From positions 471,451 through 535,450 of the forward strand of contig CAWCUK010000004.1 of assembly GCA_963798775.1 (NCBI GenBank): a DNA stretch of 64,000 bases, written 5' to 3'. Both the position numbers and the translations under genes were made by a program. The stretch's first letter is position 1; every line of letters begins with the position of its first letter. Positions 57,910 to 64,000 of this stretch are shown in pieces. Origin of the DNA: an uncultured Bacteroidota bacterium (GTDB taxonomy: Bacteria; Bacteroidota; Ignavibacteria; Ignavibacteriales; Ignavibacteriaceae). The notes under the pieces were generated by a model. It was not told the origin of the DNA and did no database searches. It was given only the letters and a program-made list of their open reading frames with translations.

Positions 57910-58933
57910 ATGTCATTAAATTTAACAAAAAATAAAAATCTGATTACGCTAATAGTCTTGTCGCTTGTAATTTTTAATTTATTCTTCCTATACTTTATAA
58001 AGTATACAAACCAAAATTTACCTTTCTCAAATTTTAATTTTTCAAACATCGGGAATATTTTTAATTTAAGCTGTACTTTAATTTTATTTACGGGAATTGT
58101 AATCTTTTCTTTACGAAGCGGCAGAAGTTTTAATTCCTCTTTACTTATTTCATTAACCGTAATTATGACTTTAGTATTACTTATTGCTTCTCTATTAACT
58201 ATTATCAATTTCCCGTTTTCCAACAGATATATTTTTGGCCATCCGTTCAATGAGGTTTTTGTAGGATTTGTATTTTCTTTTTATCAATTTATTCAATTCT
58301 TTTTTATTTTTATTATCTGGTTAAACTTATTCGGCAAAACGGATTTTATTTATTTAAGATCTTTTATCAACTCCATTGTTCTTGTAGCGGCGCTTTTGGT
58401 TTTCGCTTTTGTTTTTCTTCATTTAAAGAGGAGGGATAATTCAAGAATAATTTCTCAAAAAGCGGATGTAGCGGTGGTTTTGGGCGCCGCTGTTTGGTCC
58501 AATAATAAACCTTCCCCAAGTCTTGCTTCACGTGTTGATAAAGCAGCGCAAATTTATCATAAAGGGTTGGTAAATAATTATTCAGCTTACAGGGAGTAAC
58601 GCGCCGGGAGAATTAAGTGAAGCTGAAGTGGCATATAAATATTTAAAATCGGAAAATGTAAACCCGAACGATGTATGGCTTGAAAAAAACACTACTTCAA
58701 CTTTAGAGCAAATAAAATTTATTAAGGATTCACTGATTCAGAAAAAAAAGGTTAAGAATTTAATAATAGTTTCGGACTCCTATCATTTAACCAGAGTTAA
58801 AGAAATTTGCAAATTTTATAATATCAAAACTAAAGTTGCTGCATCCGATTTACAATTAAGTTTTTCCGGAAAAATTTATAACAAATTAAGAGAAAGTATT
58901 GCGTTATTAGTTTTCTGGTTTTTCGCACTATAA
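57910..58933 (+). pseudogene. Membrane-anchored DUF218 (YdcF/ElyC/SanA-family) protein; one frameshift near 58569-58577
   Basis: ORF 57907..58599 has a multi-TM N-terminus and the DUF218 start (ADVAVVLGAAVWSNNKPSPSLASRVDKAAQIYHKGLV). It ends in ...NNYSAYRE*. One frame over it reads IIIQLTGSNAPGELSEAEVAYKYLKSENV, which is ORF 58628..58933 (LIIVSDSYHLTRV). Confidence 0.7.
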
Positions 58934-58963
58934 TATCTTTAGAACAACAAACAGGAGAGACAA

Positions 58964-60076
58964 ATGGTTATTTTTGAAATTTTGCAGGAAAACGATCATG
59001 AACAAGTGGTATTTTGTTCAAATAAAGAAGCGGGGTTGCGTGCAATTGTTGCTATTCATAACACAACTTTAGGGCCGGCATTGGGCGGTACAAGAATGTG
59101 GAATTATACTAGTGATGAAGCAGCTCTAAAAGATGTGCTTCGACTTTCACGCGGAATGACTTATAAAGCTTCTGTTGCCGGTTTGAATTTAGGAGGCGGC
59201 AAAGCTGTTATTATCGGTGATTCCGATACTCAAAAAAATGAGCTGTTATTCAGAACTTTCGGAAAATTTATTGAAGGCCTTGCCGGAAGATATATTACCG
59301 CCGAAGATGTGGGAACTACGGTTAGAGATATGGAATTTGTTAGAATGGAAACTAAATATGTTACCGGTATTTCTAAAGCTCTTGGCGGCAGCGGTGATCC
59401 TTCGCCTGTTACAGGTTACGGTGTATATGTGGGAATGAAAGCATGCGCAAAAAGTAAATGGGGAAGTGATTCTTTAAAAGGAAAGAAAATAGCCGTGCAA
59501 GGCGCCGGGCATGTAGCGCATTATCTTTGCGAACATCTTTATAATGAAGGAGCCGAAATTTATATTACCGATATTCACGATAATAGGGTGAAAACTGTTT
59601 TGGAAACAGTAAAAGCACAGGTAGTTTCTCCGGATGAAATATATGATGTTGATGCCGATATTTTTTCACCGAACGCTTTGGGCGCTATTATAAATGATGA
59701 TACCATAAATAGATTAAAAGTTGAAATAGTTGCCGGAGGAGCTAATAATCAACTGGAAAATGAAAAAATACACGGGCCTAAATTAATTGACAAAGGAATT
59801 CTGTACGCTCCCGATTATGTAATAAATGCCGGCGGTTTAATTAATGTAGCGAATGAACTTGAAGGATACAGACAGGACCGCGCGCTAAAACAAGCCGAAG
59901 GTATTTATGAAATTATTTCAAGAATTCTTCAGATTTCTAAAGAAGAAAATATTCCCACTTACGCGGCTTCAAATAAAATGGCTGAAGAACGTTTGTATCA
60001 TGTTGGTAGAATTAGTAATATTTATACCGGAAATTCTACTTTTTCCGGACGATTGGGCGAGTTAGTTAAGAGATAA
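58964..60076 (+). CDS. Leu/Phe/Val (branched-chain amino acid) dehydrogenase, Glu/Leu/Phe/Val dehydrogenase family
   Basis: [12 protein letters not shown]...[26 protein letters not shown] (catalytic Lys box) and Rossmann motif VQGAGHVA. 370 aa, typical of leucine dehydrogenase. Confidence 0.8.
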   Translation: MVIFEILQENDHEQVVFCSNKEAGLRAIVAIHNTTLGPALGGTRMWNYTSDEAALKDVLRLSRGMTYKASVAGLNLGGGKAVIIGDSDTQKNELLFRTFGKFIEGLAGRYITAEDVGTTVRDMEFVRMETKYVTGISKALGGSGDPSPVTGYGVYVGMKACAKSKWGSDSLKGKKIAVQGAGHVAHYLCEHLYNEGAEIYITDIHDNRVKTVLETVKAQVVSPDEIYDVDADIFSPNALGAIINDDTINRLKVEIVAGGANNQLENEKIHGPKLIDKGILYAPDYVINAGGLINVANELEGYRQDRALKQAEGIYEIISRILQISKEENIPTYAASNKMAEERLYHVGRISNIYTGNSTFSGRLGELVKR

Positions 60077-60132
60077 TTGTATAAATTAGTTCTCTAAATT
60101 TTAAGATTTAATATAATGGTGTTCTGATAAAT

Positions 60133-60615
60133 ATGTCTCAAATGTTCAAAAGACGAATTGTTAGAGAGAGAGTTCTCCAAATTTTATATGCTTATGAAAT
60201 GAATAGAGACTCTCTCCAAATTTTAATTGACGGTGTACTATCCGATGTTCAGGATAAAGCTGATAAAGAATTTGCTAATATGCTGGTTAACCGTGTTATC
60301 ATAAATCAAAAAGAACTTGATGATATTATTAAGCAGCGTGTAGATAATTGGGAAATGAATCGTATTGCGCTTATAGATAGGATTTTACTTAGAATTGGTT
60401 TATGCGAACTGCTTCACTTCCCGGATATCCCTCCTAAAGTTTCAATAAACGAATCCATAGAAATTGCGAAGATTTATAGCACTGCAGGCAGCGGTAAATT
60501 TATAAACGGCATTTTAGACGCGGTGCTGGCTGAATTGAAGAAAAATGGAAAGCTTAATAAATCAGGCAGGGGATTAGTAGAAGAAACAATCTCTAAACCT
60601 TCTTCCAAGAAATAA
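60133..60615 (+). CDS. nusB: Transcription antitermination factor NusB
   Basis: RRIVRERVLQILYAYEM..., NRIALIDRILLRIGLCELL and INESIEIAKIYS...KFINGILD are the canonical NusB pattern. Confidence 0.85.
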   Translation: MSQMFKRRIVRERVLQILYAYEMNRDSLQILIDGVLSDVQDKADKEFANMLVNRVIINQKELDDIIKQRVDNWEMNRIALIDRILLRIGLCELLHFPDIPPKVSINESIEIAKIYSTAGSGKFINGILDAVLAELKKNGKLNKSGRGLVEETISKPSSKK

Positions 60616-60618
60616 TAG

Positions 60619-61869
60619 ATGAAAGATAAGGGCAAAATCTTTATTTGGACTCTGTTCGATTTTGCCAATACCGCGTTTTCTGTAATTATTGTTACTGTAA
60701 TTTATTCTAAATATTTTTCTAATTTTGTTACGGGGGGACAAAAATGGCTGTGGGGTTTGGCGGTTAGTGTTTCGATGGTAATAGCTGCCTTTCTTAGTCC
60801 GCCTTTAGGTGCTATTGCGGATGTTTCACGTAACAGGAAAAGATTTTTATTACTTTTTACATCAGTCTCAGTTATTTGTACCGCGTTTATGTTTTTTGTG
60901 CGGCAAGGAGATATTCTTTTAGGATTTATTCTTTTTGTTCTTGCAAATATAGGTTTTGAGGCGGGATTAGTTTTTTACGATGCTTTCCTTCCAAATCTTA
61001 CCGAAAAGAAAAATTTCGGTAGAGTTTCGGGTTACGGATTTGCGATGGGATATGTGGGAGCGCTGGTAGTTCTGCTTATTGTAATGTTTCTTCTTCCTGA
61101 TCAGTCATCCGGCGATTATTATTTTTATATTCGTTTTTCATTTCTTATTGCTGCGGCTTTCTTTCTGTTTTTTTCAATTCCATTATTTTTATTCATTAGT
61201 GAACCGAAAGTGAAAACACGCCTCCGTACCGATCTTATTAAAAACGGCGTAAATAAAAGTTTTTCTACTTTAAAAGAACTTTTCATTCATAAAAAATATC
61301 CTTCTATTTCACGTTTTCTTTTTGCCTTTTTTCTTTATAATGATGCCATAATAACCATTATTGCTTTCGCTTCAATTTTTGCATCCAATATTTTAAAAAT
61401 GTCAGATTCTGAAGTAATTTATTTCTTTGTAATTGTTCAAAGTACTGCCGTGGCCGGCTCTTTTATTTTTGGAATTATCTCGGACCATGTCGGCCCGAAA
61501 AAAACTATTACGGTTACTTTGTTTATATGGCTTGGAGTTATTGTCGGAGCTTTTTTTGTGCAAACTGTAATTGAGTTTTATATTGTAGGTTTATTGGCGG
61601 GAATTTCAATAGGATCTTCACAATCATGCAGCAGAAGTTTAATGGCTTTGCTTACTCCGAAGGAAAGGGAAGCTGAATTTTTTGGATTTTATGACGGGCT
61701 TTTCGGTAAATCATCCGCTGTTGTGGGGCCGCTTTTTTATGGAATTATTTCTGATTTGTCTAATGAAAGAATAGCCGCTTTAGCAATAGGTTTATTCTTT
61801 TTAGCAGGATTAATTATTCTGCAAAAAGTTAAAGTGCCGGAGTTTAGGCCTTCAAAAGAATTGAAATAA
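60619..61869 (+). CDS. MFS transporter (UMF1/Atg22-like)
   Basis: 12-TM ORF starting 3 nt after nusB. The N-terminus IWTLFDFANTAFSVIIVTVIYSKYF is typical of the UMF1 family. Confidence 0.75.
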   Translation: MKDKGKIFIWTLFDFANTAFSVIIVTVIYSKYFSNFVTGGQKWLWGLAVSVSMVIAAFLSPPLGAIADVSRNRKRFLLLFTSVSVICTAFMFFVRQGDILLGFILFVLANIGFEAGLVFYDAFLPNLTEKKNFGRVSGYGFAMGYVGALVVLLIVMFLLPDQSSGDYYFYIRFSFLIAAAFFLFFSIPLFLFISEPKVKTRLRTDLIKNGVNKSFSTLKELFIHKKYPSISRFLFAFFLYNDAIITIIAFASIFASNILKMSDSEVIYFFVIVQSTAVAGSFIFGIISDHVGPKKTITVTLFIWLGVIVGAFFVQTVIEFYIVGLLAGISIGSSQSCSRSLMALLTPKEREAEFFGFYDGLFGKSSAVVGPLFYGIISDLSNERIAALAIGLFFLAGLIILQKVKVPEFRPSKELK

Positions 61870-61872
61870 AAT

Positions 61873-62964
61873 CTATACAAATTTCATTATTATTAAAGTT
61901 AAATCATCATGGGCGGGGGATGATCCTATGTATGTTTCTATATTGTACAAAATTTCTTCTTGAATTCCGGCAGAAGATTTATACGCGTATTTTCTGATTA
62001 CATTTTTTAGCCTTTCTTCTCCGTATTCATTATTGAAAGCATTCATTGCTTCAACAATTCCGTCCGTATAGAATACAAGTATATCTCCCGCTTCGGGTTT
62101 CAAGAAAACTTCTTCCAATGAATTATCAAATATAATATCATTTGTTAAACCTATTCCCATTCCTTTCGGAGTTATATTTTTGCATTCCCCGGAACCCTTG
62201 CAAAAATGAATCAGCGGCATGTGGCCGGCTCTAACCAGACTCATTTCACCTCTTGAATCTAAACTCGCAATGCTTACAGTAAAAAAAGATCCTTTTGTTA
62301 AAACTTTTTTAAGATGTTTATTTAAAGCCGATAAAATTTCTTTCGGCGAAGAATAATGAAGAACCAGATAATTAAGTACCGATTGAACCTGCACCATATG
62401 AAGTGCCGCCGCCATTCCTTTTCCCGAAATATCTCCTATTATTATATAAGTTTTTTCCGGCGAAGATTCTCTTATAATAAAATCGTAATAATCTCCGCCG
62501 ACTTCTCTGGCTGGTTTTGAAATGCAGCTTATTTCATATTTACCGTTGGATGGTGCGTTTTTAGGCATTAAATTATTTTGAATTTCCCGCGCTACTTCAA
62601 GTTCACTTTTGGCCGTTATTTTATCTGCCAGTTCAAAAGCAATAAGAAGATTTAAAATAATAAAAGAAAAAACCGCCCAATTCCAGTTGGACGCTAAAAC
62701 AGAAAATACGAACAATAGAAACGCGAATGAATACGCTAGTCTTCTAATTGGAGTAAGCTGATTCAAAAATTCTACAAAAATATCGCGTAGAAATCTTAAA
62801 GTTCCGCGAAGATTTCTTTTTTCCGGCTGTTTAGATTTTATTTTTTGAGTATAAAAATCATAAACTTCAGGTACATCTTGATGAAGCAGTTTTTCTACAT
62901 CTTTGTATGATAATCCGCTTGTATAAAAATCATATACACGCCGCAGCCTTGCGAAAGTAGCCAC
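61873..62964 (-). CDS. Membrane-associated PP2C-family (SpoIIE/RsbU-like) serine phosphatase
   Basis: Two TM segments, then REIQNNLMP, GGDYYDF, GDISGKGMAAALHM, FYTDGIVEA and DDLTLIIMKF. Confidence 0.8.
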   Translation of the reverse strand: MATFARLRRVYDFYTSGLSYKDVEKLLHQDVPEVYDFYTQKIKSKQPEKRNLRGTLRFLRDIFVEFLNQLTPIRRLAYSFAFLLFVFSVLASNWNWAVFSFIILNLLIAFELADKITAKSELEVAREIQNNLMPKNAPSNGKYEISCISKPAREVGGDYYDFIIRESSPEKTYIIIGDISGKGMAAALHMVQVQSVLNYLVLHYSSPKEILSALNKHLKKVLTKGSFFTVSIASLDSRGEMSLVRAGHMPLIHFCKGSGECKNITPKGMGIGLTNDIIFDNSLEEVFLKPEAGDILVFYTDGIVEAMNAFNNEYGEERLKNVIRKYAYKSSAGIQEEILYNIETYIGSSPAHDDLTLIIMKFV

Positions 62965-62990
62965 AATTTTTCCTCAAAATAATTTCTGAT

Positions 62991-64000
62991 CTAAATATTG
63001 TTTAGTTTATCCGCCGCTTTTGTTAATACTTCATTTCTTTTCGCGAAGCATAAACGGATCAAATTATTATTGCTTTCTTTGGAATAAAATGGAGATAACG
63101 GAATTACAGCAACTCCGATTTCTTTTGTTAAATATTCCGAAAATTGAATATCATCAACTTTTGAAATTTTTGAATAATCTAGCAGCTGAAAATAAGTTCC
63201 GCTTGCGGGAGTAAAACTAAACCCGGAATTATTTAGTAATTTAACTAAATGATTTCTCTTGTCTTCATAAAATTTGTTCAAACTTAAATAATAGTTTCTG
63301 TTCTTCATGAACTCAGCATAAGCGTATTGAACCGGTGTATTAACAGAAAAAATTAAAAACTGATGAATTTTTCTAAACTCATTCATCAAATATTCCGGTG
63401 CGGCGCAGTAACCTAATTTCCATCCAGTAGTATGGTAAGTTTTTCCGAATGAAGAAACAACAAACGCTTTCCCTGAAATAATTTCTGATTGTGAAAGACT
63501 AATATGTTTTTTCCCGTCAAAAACTATATGTTCATAAACTTCATCACTTAAAACAAAAACATCATTCTGTTTAACAATTTCTTCTAAATTTATTATATCA
63601 TCAAATGATATTACACTGCCGGTCGGATTATGTGGTGAATTGATTATAATTAGTTTAGTTTTTTTAGTAACAGCTTTATTAACTGCTTTCCAATCAATTG
63701 AAAAATCATTAGGCCGAAGAGGAATAAATTTAGGAATACCGCCATTAATTAAAACTGAAGGAGCGTATGAATCATAAGCAGGTTCAAAAAGTATAACCTC
63801 ATCATCTTTATTTATTATTGATGTAATTGCCGTGTAAATGGCTTGTGTCGCGCCCGCGGTAACCGTTATTTCTGTTTCATAATCAAATTTCTTCGAATAT
63901 AAATTTTCAATCTTCTCCGCAATCATTTTCCGGAGCGCCGGTACTCCTTGCATCGGGGCGTATTGATTAAATCCTTCTTTTTGGAAATAACTGACCAGCG
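62991..64000 (-). CDS. Class I/II pyridoxal-phosphate aminotransferase (methionine/kynurenine aminotransferase-like), 5'-partial (runs off the right edge)
   Basis: The frame stays open past the first Met to the window end (LVSYFQKEGFNQYAPMQGVPALR...). Has NSPHNPTG and the SFGKTYHTTGWKLGY PLP-lysine region. Confidence 0.8.
   Translation of the reverse strand, partial: LVSYFQKEGFNQYAPMQGVPALRKMIAEKIENLYSKKFDYETEITVTAGATQAIYTAITSIINKDDEVILFEPAYDSYAPSVLINGGIPKFIPLRPNDFSIDWKAVNKAVTKKTKLIIINSPHNPTGSVISFDDIINLEEIVKQNDVFVLSDEVYEHIVFDGKKHISLSQSEIISGKAFVVSSFGKTYHTTGWKLGYCAAPEYLMNEFRKIHQFLIFSVNTPVQYAYAEFMKNRNYYLSLNKFYEDKRNHLVKLLNNSGFSFTPASGTYFQLLDYSKISKVDDIQFSEYLTKEIGVAVIPLSPFYSKESNNNLIRLCFAKRNEVLTKAADKLNNI

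Noticed and set aside
57870-58250. 126-aa minus-strand ORF
   Set aside because: It lies antisense to the multi-TM N-terminus of the DUF218 gene. The low-complexity Lys/Ile/Phe-rich translation is typical of AT-rich antisense frames.
1-64000. Prophage, defence island, biosynthetic gene cluster or integrative element
   Set aside because: I found no integrase, recombinase, reverse transcriptase, Cas, restriction-modification, toxin-antitoxin or phage structural signatures. The only mobile-element trace is the decayed IS256-type fragment.

Overview
AT-rich chromosomal segment, mostly housekeeping and envelope genes. Several traits point to an FCB-group bacterium, possibly Ignavibacteria/Chlorobi-like: a T9SS C-terminal sorting domain, TonB-dependent receptors, a BshB1-type deacetylase, Gln right after most signal-peptide cleavage sites, and TTTG/TAnnTTTG promoter-like boxes. 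That taxonomic guess is inference only.

Left to right, the window contains:
- secreted and outer-membrane proteins
- a TatD-radical SAM fusion
- two PBP4 (DacB) paralogs
- an M28-type glutaminyl cyclase and prmA
- an amidohydrolase and bshB1
- an M28/PA/PDZ peptidase
- a feoA-feoB-fur unit
- three sensor histidine kinases plus an orphan receiver
- a six-gene heavy-metal RND efflux operon with HMBD and YHS accessory proteins
- a decayed IS256-family transposase remnant
- a DUF6266-like gene next to an M15 peptidase gene
- asnS
- a nuoJKLM-(NhaD-like permease)-(121-aa unknown)-nuoN operon
- nnr, vanZ, tonB, leucine-type dehydrogenase, nusB, an MFS transporter, a PP2C phosphatase and a partial aminotransferase

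I saw no rRNA, tRNA or CRISPR array, and no integrase, Cas, reverse transcriptase or restriction genes.

Structure not explained by genes:
1. Three separate long tandem arrays of hairpin-rich intergenic repeats, at about 12.7, 16.0-16.7 and 44.8-45.6 kb.
2. Eight frame disruptions spread over five well-conserved genes (tatD-rSAM, M28 peptidase, feoB, tolC-like, DUF218). These are either assembly indel errors or real gene decay.
3. A methyltransferase gene bracketed by direct copies of a small-gene fragment.
4. Four 11-bp direct repeats and a nested hairpin upstream of the DUF6266-like gene.

I cannot point to a clear novel multi-gene system. The best leads are the uncharacterised, translationally coupled ORF inside the nuo operon, the TatD-rSAM fusion and the modular hairpin arrays.
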